Source of the DNA: a virus
Taxonomy: Duplodnaviria > Caudoviricetes
Strand: one strand, 5' to 3'
Virus record (IMG/VR): IMGVR_UViG_3300012680_000001
Coordinates: 1 to 63,427 of that record
Length of the DNA: 63,427 nt
The notes beneath the pieces are model-generated. The model ran no database searches, had not been told where the DNA came from, and was given only the letters and a program-made list of their open reading frames with translations. The first letter of the stretch is position 1, and each line of letters opens with the position of its first letter. The position numbers and the translations under genes were made by a program. This document shows, one piece after another, positions 29,001 through 35,663 of the stretch.

Positions 29001-29035
29001 ATGATTGCCTGCAATTCCGCTACGGTCTGTGCCAT
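20096..29035 (-). CDS. Tape measure protein (2979 aa)
   Basis: TP901-like core (AAEAGTSLTAML), Ala/Gly-rich helical repeats, position after the tail chaperones. Confidence 0.95.
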   Translation of the reverse strand: MAQTVAELQAIITADSSGFDAAMGAASGKLNEVAGAAGNAGKSIQKTGEVLTTTGKIGMAAGAAMLAPIVGAVKSAATMEQAMDRVGVAFGITEGKSAEMDAQFREMEDTINEVAKSTIFGADDISEAAIEMGKAGVDFETMWGDVGDSSDGAIQGVADFAAATATELPQAAKIAATMANQWGMSSEEVTASLDDLTTVFNTTSLGSDDFIKGMANVAPMMKLAGADFDETAATLGFFKDQGLSAAEAGTSLTAMLRAAVKPTGTQQAAMDELGITTADFFDINEQGVEELRDFPDILDMINEKTKDLSTSQRLNALASLFGLEAFDAAGLGILSDTDKLRDLNEEMKNNTGIAREQSDALTDNLLGSIEELGGAVDVLQQKMGDPFLGPIKAGVDALTGIADAASGADPALLGFAGKLATLSGGLLAAGGLAAYGTGQVLKLGKTFADAGLSLGKFAAGIGLAGLAIGAGLLAYETNFLGFRDTVDKAMAKAGEALDTFGETFDTNFNAGKSQGMNDLAAGINAVGKSLKAAFGIDVVDQMSNIAKGVDAFGDAWQENIAGGVDPIVSFFDALAKGADAAGMGETADQMDRLSKAADAMQQSMAASEGKMPQLNREALALREGIGSLTGQDEELTTFFDDLGMQASLAQKDIQDFTDTLASGNIGDAMGQLIEGQPNYEKFFGSLGAGLRDGTNGLGDFKDALTSGDWEGAAKGFEGGIDAIGQKFEEVDLGGKLQGVSDQVGDWFGEIGETLFGGEELSGTGRTFKTSGILDDLATGMVSGLQDLGPNVLEKLGDIGNPLEGVTSQIGDWFGDVGDTLFGADTLSGTGRTIRTPGALDDLATGMVSGLKDLGPNVLEKLGDIGNPLEGVTSQIGDWFGDVGDTLFGSDSLSGTGRTIRTPGVLDDLATGMVSGLKDLGPAVLDQLGDIGNPLEGVTTQIGDWFGDVGDTLFGSDTLSGTGRTIRTPGVLDDLASGMVSGLKELGPSVLEKLGDIGNPLEGVTGQIGDWFGDVGDTLFGSDSLSGTGRTIRTPGVLDDLANGMVSGLKDLGPTVLDKLGDIGNPLEGVTSQIGDWFGDVGDTLFGSDSLSGTGRTIRTPGVLDELATGMVSGLKELGPTVVDKLGDIGNPLEEVTTQIGDWFGDVGDTLFGSDALSGTGRTIRTPGVLDDLANGMVSGLKDLGPTVVDKLGEIGNPLEGVTSQIGDWFGDVGDTLFGSESLSGTGRTIKTPGVLDDLATGMVSGLKELGPSVLEQLGSVGNPFEEVGTWFGGQWEDMTKSLFGGGGQEGYTGPGADLSGGAVSEDMFGMIGGFVDNMATGLQGMGEAAATKIGEMDNPFVAVKDKLGEWLGPIGSALFGGGEDPATGEAAKMLGDPAEMGAKLGTEIADTFASPEFATGIENSLKTMEEGKFDAVGKSLLGMLSSGMTTALDQPVTEGDSAGQTMGQKMVEGLANGLTNSITNAPAELFTPVAGALGTQLGTALQTIAGQQVSDEGVASLPTVGGINLVKGLATGLTASVAAAPPELFAPVAGALGTQLGAAMSMAEKVTQAPGGVGPAGPAVTPLGNTMVQGLATGLATGIAAADPAMFIPVSNALGTQLGAAMSLASQQTAAPGPTGVPTTVPGAGVGMVQGLATGLTESITAAPPEMFVPVSNALGMQLGAAMSLASQQTAAPGPTGVPTSVPGAGVGMVQGLATGLTESIIAAPPEMFIPVSNALGTQLGAAMSMAAQQTAAPGPTGVPTGVPGAGVGMVQGLATGLTESITAAPPELFLPVGAALGTQLGTALNTAMTETATQGQTGQVSSDAAGGIGTQLVSNLATGLTDSITNAPAEVFTPVGSAIGTKLSEALTTAVGEGDGSGATDVGAQLGGSVGEMLLSGVQEANWDTVGTGLSTKLSETLQTVADGGGESDVSTQLGDSIGTMLQTGVEGADFSGVGEAVGTQLTTELDTAIQEVATKIEESMTKITEAVTNAVEEMGSAISDATADVESAVTDMSSAITDAVADVETAVADMASAVADAAADMATAANDAVTAAEEVGTAAADAATAVEEAMQAMIAAVSAAAGAIAAAAAGIIASLQGIAAAAGAAGAAIGAALAGGFSNAIEEGSPSKVFIRFGESIVQGLAIGMTGGQSSVEKSSNTLAGMTMDSMANAIGMGSPAQKFVPHGAAVTGGFAQGMMDSAKSRLGEAMGKISGAVSSAMGKVKSSMQSAMARVKGEAASGGTAAGAAAATATAEGMESEDKQLERAARRMWKKALKELLKGEGEMRFLGEAFAREFWLGMLDASGSMEFAQFVTDQAVKAAENAIERIRALIAGLGTQIEIVGKSISNLEGDIKSLESELAGIDAQIAGAASAAAAKAQQEADQARIDAAQALLDIQVAITKELEAQLKTEFDAAHQANIKQVQGGGEAGLKADFDTKLAKAQATYVAKIASQAKEQELIASLKAIQAAIAAESAMRAAAAEAMAAAELQAKRAAVAADLEAKKAALAQEKAMQADLLKQQHAAQVAFTQIVIEESTKRIAQIEKELKKHANPEKTAQLKAELELERQKIDLANQLALALEKQANAQSPEQLAQATAQVQYLNAAIAGLQEVDVNALLTEIAEKLGKAATAMSTAATEMGKAAKALGEVPAAPMEETTQAISETGKAATGTSTKMNDMGAKYQEVMTKMSADSQAFNDKFAAMVEQTKGTAATGGTAIGTALGQGITAKMGQDAPAMQQQMLQGVQQGMTQTEQAANVGGSKIANAFGQEMRTGLGVQLPQIHQSILDGMNKSVDGATKIATQGGKATATGFGDAAVNRIKTGPEIPQFQTAMGKGVGDAVKDSTQIASQGGKDIGSAMGDGMKQGVMEKSKGIADSAAQMVKDAINAAKGAAKANSPSQKMMEVGDDMGLGLIYGLRGRKREASEASEDLVYIPSTRLTPDGGGGVGGRAGDRGATNNTTTITVYADVRDGRQLVETLENYRRQTQMAASRGS
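23500..24700 (-). repeat. About 60-aa tandem repeats within the tape measure protein
   Basis: GLATGLTESITAAPPE(L/M)FxPVxxALGTQLGAAM repeated about 7 times; boundaries approximate. Confidence 0.85.
25220..26830 (-). repeat. Eight 66-aa (198-bp) tandem repeats within the tape measure protein
   Basis: GDIGNPLEGVTSQIGDWFGDVGDTLFGSDSLSGTGRTIRTPGVLDDLATGMVSGLKDLGP...; boundaries approximate. Confidence 0.9.
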
Positions 29036-29109
29036 TGATTAGATACATCCCCTCACGAAGGAAGGCATAGTCAGTGCGGTGACGCTATACTTCGGAGGAA
29101 ATAGAGATG

Positions 29110-29143
29110 CCGGGCAACGCTCGTAACGTTCCCGGCGTGGCAC
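29110..29143 (+). promoter_or_regulatory. Hairpin leader upstream of the HNH gene (copy 1)
   Basis: ccgggca-acg-ctcgtaa-cgt-tcccggcgtggcac, preceded by TATACT; similar to the motif near 33050. Confidence 0.6.
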
Positions 29144-29161
29144 TAGACGTAGGAGGTCTGA

Positions 29162-30186
29162 ATGCAGTCTAACGATACCCCAATCCGCATTTGCGCCCGA
29201 TGTGGCAATCCCCTCACCGCGAACCAGAACGCGTACTGTTCGTTGCCGTGCTACCGCGCGCGAACTGATGACCAGCGCACCACGTGCGAAACATGTGGCA
29301 TTGTGTTTCACCCTAACCGTAAGGGACAGCGCGTCTGTTCGACAAAGTGCATCACTGGAAGAGGGACGAAGCGCACCCCGGTGATGCTGACGTGCAAAGG
29401 ATGCGGAAACACGTTCGAAGCGGGCACGTACGCCGAGAAGAAAAAGGAGTATTGCTCGCTCGCCTGTTACCACCATTCTATTGAGAACACGATTGCGTGC
29501 GAACGATGCGGTAAGCACTTTCAGGCGCGGAGCGGGAACACACACTTTTGTAGTCGGACGTGCATGCGGAGCGGATGGAACGATGTCCGTGGTTGCCTCT
29601 CTTGTCAGAAGGAGTTCACCCCAACGCGCCAGAATCAAACGTGTTGCTCTCGTGATTGCGCCCTGGCATGGCGCTATGCGGAAGAGCGTCGCCTTGGGAC
29701 GCGCCAGGACCATCCCGAAGTTATCTGCAAAACATGCAGCAAGGTCTTCCAGGTGTTCCCTAGCGCTGCAAAACGCAAAGACCGTCCACGGCTGTATTGC
29801 TCCACTATCTGCAAGCACGCCGCGTCGAGAGTTGACCCAACCGAAATGGGAGAACGGGGTAGGGAGTACATGCGTCGCTGGCGTGCGCAGAATCCACACA
29901 AGGAAAACGAGATTCAGGCACGGCGTCGCGCCCAAAAAGCAGCGTCGGGCTGCGTTGATGGTCTCGACAAACAGACAATCGTTGCGCGAGATGGCGCTAT
30001 TTGCTATCTGTGTCAAATCCCTATTGACCTCGCGTTGACTCGCTATGATCCAATGAGCCTGACCCTCGATCTGTTATTCCGCTCGCGCGTGGAGGAAGTC
30101 ACACTCCTGATAACCTCAAGCCCGCGCACCGCTCGTGCAACGTACGCAAAGGCGCGCTGACGCTTGAAGACTATCGATTGCGGTAA
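29162..30186 (+). pseudogene. Multi-zinc-finger HNH endonuclease with a 1-nt deletion in the catalytic His codon
   Basis: Repeated CxxC...CSxxC units. Adding one base at about 30072 restores LTLDHVIPLARGGSHTPDNLKPAHRSCNVRKG, ending at 30186. Confidence 0.8.
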
Positions 30187-30200
30187 CTCAACCCGTTGAA

Positions 30201-30529
30201 TCAACTTAAGTACCTCGATGCGCGGGCGACTTCTTCGTTCGATTCGAACGCTTCTTGTGTTGCTCTCTCTCCATGAATTCCCATTCGAACATGGTCATCG
30301 CCGCCCCGATCCAGTGCCCGGGAATGTCGCGTATCTCGGTGACTGGAACGCCCAATTCCTTGGCAACGCGGATATGCATAAAGTCGCGGTCGAGGTCTTC
30401 CGAAACGGGCGGTACCCCCTCTTCCCCATCGGTCCGTTCCCAGTGGTCTACACCGCGCTCGTAGGCGATGGGGTTCGAGGATCTTAGCGCGAGCGACGCC
30501 GCTCGTTCCTGGAGGCTTTCGAGTTTGGG
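30201..30529 (-). CDS. Tail assembly chaperone extension (gpT-like), reached by -1 frameshift
   Basis: C CCA AAC heptamer at 30523-30529. The -1 frame is open: PKLESLQERAA...VAKELGVPVTEIRDIPGHWI...RYLS*. Confidence 0.8.
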
Positions 30530-30906
30530 AAGACTTCCTCAGTCAACTGCCGCATGACTTCACCAATAATCAGGGTCGGGACGAACATGGTGACACGCGG
30601 GTCAAGGGGAATCACCTTGCCCTCGCTCACGATGGTTTCACCTTCGTTGTCGTAGAGGGGGCCTTCAACGTCCCAGCTCTTGAGGTAGTGACACATCGTC
30701 GCGGCGGACTCAATGTTCCCGATCTCGGCTTCGCTGAACTGTTCGATGTCTTCTTCGGTCGGGACGAACTTCACCCCAGCGAGGGTGATGCGGTTCCGGT
30801 AGTACTCCACGGGGATTTCCGCTTCGGTAACCCCATGCTCGTTCTTGATCTTGACGCGGAATGAACGAACCTCGTCTCGTGGGGCTATTGACTGAATGCT
30901 TGTCAC
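30484..30906 (-). CDS. Tail assembly chaperone (gpG-like)
   Basis: Lies between the tail tube and tape measure genes, with a slippery site near its 3' end. Confidence 0.85.
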   Translation of the reverse strand: MTSIQSIAPRDEVRSFRVKIKNEHGVTEAEIPVEYYRNRITLAGVKFVPTEEDIEQFSEAEIGNIESAATMCHYLKSWDVEGPLYDNEGETIVSEGKVIPLDPRVTMFVPTLIIGEVMRQLTEEVFPNSKASRNERRRSR

Positions 30907-31017
30907 TGTCTATCTCCGATGGACGTCTAGCGTCTCATGTCGCTCTGGCTCAGGGGACTCGTCACCAGACGAGTCCCACGGGCGTAGGCTTCTGGGGTGA
31001 GCTACTCACCCCGGCTG

Positions 31018-32337
31018 TTACAACGCGGCGATGGTATTCACCAGCGTAATCTTGATCACGTTGCCGGACACCGGGTCAATCGCGAGCCGCCCTGTGTATT
31101 CGCGGGCATGCACGCCGTCAACGTCATCTGGCTCTCCGGCCTCTGAGTAGATGAGGCACGAGTCAAATCGTGCGCGATATGGGTTCGCTCCTGAAATGAT
31201 GTCCCCTTCCCACTCTGCCCGACAGAAGCTCCGGGTACCGTTGCGCAGTTTCGCGAGTTGCGCATCGGCGACCGTATTGCGACCGAGCATCAGTGTAATG
31301 GTGTGCTCCTGGTCGCTCATGTCGACAACACCGTCTGAGGATTTCGATTTATTGATGGGGCGCACGCGCTCCATGCGCTCACCAATATTGATACCCATCT
31401 CGTACGCGTAGAGGAGTTGCGTCGCGCCAAGGCCAGCCCATGTGGTGTCGAGGTAGACGTTGCCCGCGACGGCGCCAGCGGGGACAGCCGCGATGTCGGT
31501 GACAGTATCGGACCCTGGAGTGGTCTGGACGACCGCAATAGTCGGGGTCGTGCCGCCGGTAAACGAGCCGGTAGCCGTGACGTTCACTACGTTCTGCCCG
31601 GCATAGGCGCCGGTGAAGGTAAGGGTGACTGCGGTTCCTGGGAATGGGCCGCCTGCCGCCACAATATCACCGGGCTCAATGCTCGGAAGCGCCTCAAGCG
31701 CCGTCTGAACGGCTGCGGCCGTCGCGTTATAGACAATCGTTGCGGTTGTTTCTCCGTTGAACGTCAGTGTGAATGTGCCGGCCGACGGAGTACCGGTAAT
31801 CGTGACGGTCTCAAGTTCGTTGACGATGCCGCCGAGTGGCTGGCCGGCCGACATCGCCTTGGCGAACCCGTCGCCCGAGACATCGAAGCCGTCGGCACGG
31901 CCACCAGAAATTTCAAGCGTGTTGAAAATGAACCCGGTGGCAATGTCCGCGCTCTCGGCGAACCCGTTATGCATCGTATAGCTAACCGGACGGTTTGGCC
32001 TACGACCGTTCCAGGTCCACTCCCACTGGTAGGCGACTGGAGAACCGCCGAGGTTCGTAATCGTCGGCTGGCCGAGGAGACCGGCGACGACGTAGGCCAG
32101 ACCGTTGTAGTCAACGCGCCCCTCGACCTGACCCTCGGTGAAGTCGTCGTTCACCAGAACGATGGTCGGGACAAGCGCGCCCGGAGGTGCGAACGGGTCG
32201 GTCTCGACCGTAGCGCCAATGGTTACGCCGAATCCGTTAAGCCGAACGTAGGTCGGGGAGCCGGGTGTAACCCCGTAGCTGGTCTCGCGAACGAGTCGTG
32301 TTTCTGCCCCTTGAAAAGGGTAAATATTCGCAGGCAT
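31018..32337 (-). CDS. Major tail (tube) protein with an inserted beta domain
   Basis: ETSYGVTP N-terminal motif; insertion ETVTITGTPSAGTFTLTF...VQTALEAL; position in the tail module. Confidence 0.85.
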   Translation of the reverse strand: MPANIYPFQGAETRLVRETSYGVTPGSPTYVRLNGFGVTIGATVETDPFAPPGALVPTIVLVNDDFTEGQVEGRVDYNGLAYVVAGLLGQPTITNLGGSPVAYQWEWTWNGRRPNRPVSYTMHNGFAESADIATGFIFNTLEISGGRADGFDVSGDGFAKAMSAGQPLGGIVNELETVTITGTPSAGTFTLTFNGETTATIVYNATAAAVQTALEALPSIEPGDIVAAGGPFPGTAVTLTFTGAYAGQNVVNVTATGSFTGGTTPTIAVVQTTPGSDTVTDIAAVPAGAVAGNVYLDTTWAGLGATQLLYAYEMGINIGERMERVRPINKSKSSDGVVDMSDQEHTITLMLGRNTVADAQLAKLRNGTRSFCRAEWEGDIISGANPYRARFDSCLIYSEAGEPDDVDGVHAREYTGRLAIDPVSGNVIKITLVNTIAAL

Positions 32338-32430
32338 AGCCGGAACTCCTTGCTTCTGCAGGGGGCTCCGGGCTCGATGGCCTCCGGCCTCGTCTCGCGT
32401 TCTGCGTAGTCATTCTACGCGAATAGGTCA

Positions 32431-32664
32431 CTATCGAATGATCGGTTGAATTTCCCCCGCTTGGTCAACGATCCATACACCGTCCTCTGATACCCGATTC
32501 ATGGCGCCGCAGCGACGGCATTGAATCCATACAGGGTCGCCGTGCCATGGAACGCGCCGCTGCGCAAGGACGCGGTCGCAGCGCGGATCGGCACATCGGA
32601 CCCAGGGAACAATAGGGACACGACCGATGCGCGGCTGCGGCCTTGGCATCGCGGTCCCCATCAT
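32431..32664 (-). CDS. Mu Com-like zinc-finger protein
   Basis: VRCADPRCDRVLA...IQCRRCGAMN. Confidence 0.65.
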   Translation of the reverse strand: MMGTAMPRPQPRIGRVPIVPWVRCADPRCDRVLAQRRVPWHGDPVWIQCRRCGAMNRVSEDGVWIVDQAGEIQPIIR

Positions 32665-32669
32665 CCTCC

Positions 32670-33011
32670 CTAGAGCGACCCGAAGGCGCCGCTCGCCGCC
32701 GCCGAAATCGCCGAACCAACTTGACCCGCCGCCCCAGTGATGGTCGGTGTCATATACGGCTGAGCGCCCATGTAGCGGGTGCCGAATTCAACATACACGG
32801 CATGATCCGTCCCGGCGTGCAACGTCAGTTGTTTATCCCCCACCGTCGCGGTCTCACTGTTCTGCAGGGCTCCCGTATCGACTGGCGTCTTCCCCTGCAT
32901 CGTGGAGAGGAGTTGCGGTCCAAGCGTGTTGAACGCGGTGCTAATCGCCTTCGTCATCACCCCAGGGCAGGAGGGGAACTTGTTCATGACAATTTTCATT
33001 TGGATCTTCAT
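32670..33011 (-). CDS. HK97 gp10-like tail completion protein
   Basis: TPVDTGALQNS...HAVYVEFGTRYMGAQPYMTP. Confidence 0.9.
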   Translation of the reverse strand: MKIQMKIVMNKFPSCPGVMTKAISTAFNTLGPQLLSTMQGKTPVDTGALQNSETATVGDKQLTLHAGTDHAVYVEFGTRYMGAQPYMTPTITGAAGQVGSAISAAASGAFGSL

Positions 33012-33049
33012 GTTACTCCCCAATGTTGTACACTAGGGCATGAAAAGAA

Positions 33050-33084
33050 CCGGGCACCTGCTGATACAGGTCCCGGCGCGGCAC
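33050..33084 (+). promoter_or_regulatory. Hairpin leader upstream of the HNH gene (copy 2)
   Basis: ccgggca-cct-gctgatac-agg-tcccggcgcggcac, preceded by TACACT. Confidence 0.6.
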
Positions 33085-33112
33085 CCCCAGAGTCGTGGAA
33101 GGACTCCAAGAA

Positions 33113-33685
33113 ATGCCCACCCAGGATAGCAAAATTCCGCGCACGTGCCTTCAGTGTGGCACCTCCTTTTCCGCGTTCCCGTCCGCCCTTCGTCGGGGCG
33201 GCGGGAAATATTGCTCCCCGCAGTGCTACTGGAGCCACCGCATTAAAACGAAAGAAGCGGCGTTCTGGGAGCACGTCATCAAAAGTGACGGGTGCTGGGA
33301 GTGGTCTGGCGTTCGCATGCCCAGAGGATATGGAGTTGTCACCATCACGCGACCGAACCAAAGTTCCCTTGCCCATCGCATCAGTTGGGAAATCCACCAT
33401 GGTCCCATTCCCGGTGACCTGAACGTCTGCCATCACTGCGACAATCCGCCGTGCGTCAATCCCGCTCATCTCTTTCTCGGCAGCAGGGCGGATAACAGCC
33501 AGGACATGGCGGCAAAGGACCGCACATGCAAAGCGCTGATGAAACTGAACGCGGATAGCGTTCGCGAGATTCGGCAGCGACACGAGAGCGGCGAATCGAC
33601 GCGGGGACTGGCGCAGGAATTCGGCGTAACCGATCCCACAATCCGCGAAGCCGTTCATCGTGCCACGTGGAAACTCGTGAACTAA
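33113..33685 (+). CDS. Free-standing HNH homing endonuclease, antisense to the morphogenesis operon
   Basis: CWEWSG...GYG...AHRISWE...VCHHCDNPPCVNPAHL, C-terminal HTH. Confidence 0.9.
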   Translation: MPTQDSKIPRTCLQCGTSFSAFPSALRRGGGKYCSPQCYWSHRIKTKEAAFWEHVIKSDGCWEWSGVRMPRGYGVVTITRPNQSSLAHRISWEIHHGPIPGDLNVCHHCDNPPCVNPAHLFLGSRADNSQDMAAKDRTCKALMKLNADSVREIRQRHESGESTRGLAQEFGVTDPTIREAVHRATWKLVN

Positions 33686-33692
33686 TCCCACA

Positions 33693-34052
33693 TCAGGCCC
33701 CCTTCTTCATCGTCGCATCGGATACGGCAACCGGGGTAATGTCGATGTTCGGGACCTCGGTAACGGACTCCACCTCGTCGTCCATCTCCACGGCATCGCC
33801 CTCATGGCGCGCGGCCTTGTCGGCGTTCTTGTTGGCCTTACTGGCGTCCTTGTCAGCGTCCTTGTTGCCCTTGCGCTCCTCAGCGCGGGCGCGCCCGGTG
33901 GAGTACTCCTCAAACATGCCCTGCCCGAGGGTATCCATCACCAGGCGATGGGTGATGCGCGCGCCCGGATGATCCTTCTTGAGGTCTTCCGCGCCTCGGT
34001 GGTACGCAAACTCTTGCCCGTCGGGGGTGATGATCTTGTACACCTCTGCCAT
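33693..34052 (-). CDS. Hypothetical protein
   Basis: ORF with an RBS in the neck/tail operon. Confidence 0.6.
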   Translation of the reverse strand: MAEVYKIITPDGQEFAYHRGAEDLKKDHPGARITHRLVMDTLGQGMFEEYSTGRARAEERKGNKDADKDASKANKNADKAARHEGDAVEMDDEVESVTEVPNIDITPVAVSDATMKKGA

Positions 34053-34065
34053 GATAATTCCCTTC

Positions 34066-34530
34066 CTACGCGCTCTGTTGGAGCGTCATGCGATAAATCT
34101 CTCGCACCGGCGCCCAGATGCCCGCCGGAGCGATGTCGAGCGGCGCTTTGTCGGGGCCGACATAATCACAGTGCACCTGCCAGACGCGCGCGCCGTCCAC
34201 ATATCGATGCGTCTTGCCGCGCGTTTGGCCCCCAATCAGGACGTTCATCACGGCCTCCATGAGGGGTTCAAGCGCCTGCTGACTCGGGCCGGGTTCCCAG
34301 CCGATAAACGACCAGTTCCACCCGACCATCGTCACGCTAGACCCGAGCGGCTTTGCGACCTCAATGCTGCCGTAGTCCTCATGTACAAGATGCCGCGTCG
34401 TAGCGCCGAGGGAGAAGTTCGGTTTAATCCGATCCGCCCCGCCGACCGCCGCGACGACGGCGGAGTCCGCGATAAGCACACTTCTCACCCAACGCTGAAT
34501 GACGGTAAGGCTCGTGAAGGGCCCGATCAT
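34066..34530 (-). CDS. Tail terminator-like protein
   Basis: LIADSAVVAAVGGADRI N-terminus; position after the head closure gene. Confidence 0.65.
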   Translation of the reverse strand: MIGPFTSLTVIQRWVRSVLIADSAVVAAVGGADRIKPNFSLGATTRHLVHEDYGSIEVAKPLGSSVTMVGWNWSFIGWEPGPSQQALEPLMEAVMNVLIGGQTRGKTHRYVDGARVWQVHCDYVGPDKAPLDIAPAGIWAPVREIYRMTLQQSA

Positions 34531-34910
34531 GTCGTCGCCTTTACCAGGACCATCAGCTCGAATCCGTGGCTGATGGCGTCCCGATCATCAACGACTTCCA
34601 TGACATGGCCATTGGCGACGATGCGGTCATTGCTCACGACGTCCGTGTCGGGCGGGAGAAAAATCTCATAGTCCGCCACGGGAGCAAAGCGACCGCCGCT
34701 TATCCCCTCAACCGGGGTACGCCCCGCCGCACGCACCCTACACGGCACCCCCTCCACAACGGTATACGGCCCGGTGATCACCGCGCCGCCAGCGTCCACC
34801 GTAGACGGAGAGCGCGAGATGACACAGAGGTCGCTTCGCGTCCGCGAGAGCAACCTCGTGATGGTGGTCGCCGCTCCACTGGGTAGGAGCGGATGTGGCG
34901 CAATGGTCAT
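34527..34910 (-). CDS. Head closure (head-tail joining) protein
   Basis: DAGG...VPCRV...YEIFLPPDTDVVSNDRIV. Confidence 0.75.
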   Translation of the reverse strand: MTIAPHPLLPSGAATTITRLLSRTRSDLCVISRSPSTVDAGGAVITGPYTVVEGVPCRVRAAGRTPVEGISGGRFAPVADYEIFLPPDTDVVSNDRIVANGHVMEVVDDRDAISHGFELMVLVKATT

Positions 34911-35353
34911 CCGACAACCTCCAAACGGAAGTCATCCAGGTAATTCGTATCAATGCTCCATACCAGCGAAGCGCCAGCAATCGGCACGATACCAAGCGTC
35001 CCGAATCGTTCGATCATCGCCGCCATCGCGAGTGCGAGGTCTTTCTCGGCGGCGGTACGAACTTGACTCAGCTTGAAGCTATCGCCCACCGAGACATCGA
35101 AATACGTTGCCCCGATGTCGCGCACGACTTGCAGCAACGCCCGGTACATCACCTGCACGCGCAGGTCCTCATCCGCCGTAGCGGTCGTGGTCGTAGCTGT
35201 AGTAAGGCTGGCTTCGAGATACCCCAGGGCGCGAAAGGCATCGTCAATGACTTCTTTCAAACTACCAGTGGTATCCGTGGCGGCGCGTCCCGCCGCACCC
35301 AAATATGCGGAAACGCGCAGACCGACGAAGGTTGCCGCGTCCAGCCGGTTCAT
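34907..35353 (-). CDS. Head-tail adaptor
   Basis: Size, helical character and position after the capsid gene. Confidence 0.55.
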   Translation of the reverse strand: MNRLDAATFVGLRVSAYLGAAGRAATDTTGSLKEVIDDAFRALGYLEASLTTATTTTATADEDLRVQVMYRALLQVVRDIGATYFDVSVGDSFKLSQVRTAAEKDLALAMAAMIERFGTLGIVPIAGASLVWSIDTNYLDDFRLEVVG

Positions 35354-35355
35354 TG

Positions 35356-35643
35356 TTAGCGAGTCTTCCCGCTAACATTCTGCGGCGCGGTATACGCCTT
35401 CTGCTCGTCGTTCACCGGCGCGGTATACGCCTTCTGCTCATCCTTCACCGGCTCGGCGGACGCCTTCTGCTCATCCTTCACCGGCTCTCCGTTGGCGTTC
35501 ACCATCCGCCCATCGACTTCGTACCGCCCACCCTCTACCGTTTCATCGCTGAAGAGCTCGGCGGCGTCTGACTTCGACTGGGCGATCTGCTGCTGCTTAT
35601 AGTCCTCGGTCGAGACGATCATTGGTCGCATGGTTTCATTCAT
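35356..35643 (-). CDS. Hypothetical protein with three 11-aa repeats
   Basis: PV(K/N)DEQKA repeated three times (33-nt repeats). Confidence 0.6.
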   Translation of the reverse strand: MNETMRPMIVSTEDYKQQQIAQSKSDAAELFSDETVEGGRYEVDGRMVNANGEPVKDEQKASAEPVKDEQKAYTAPVNDEQKAYTAPQNVSGKTR

Positions 35644-35663
35644 GGAGACTCTCTCCTTGTCCG

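Noticed and set aside
29039-30016. Minus-strand 325-aa ORF in line with the tail operon (likewise 33008..33691)
   Set aside because: Each is antisense to a clear zinc-finger/HNH gene and has no recognisable motifs.
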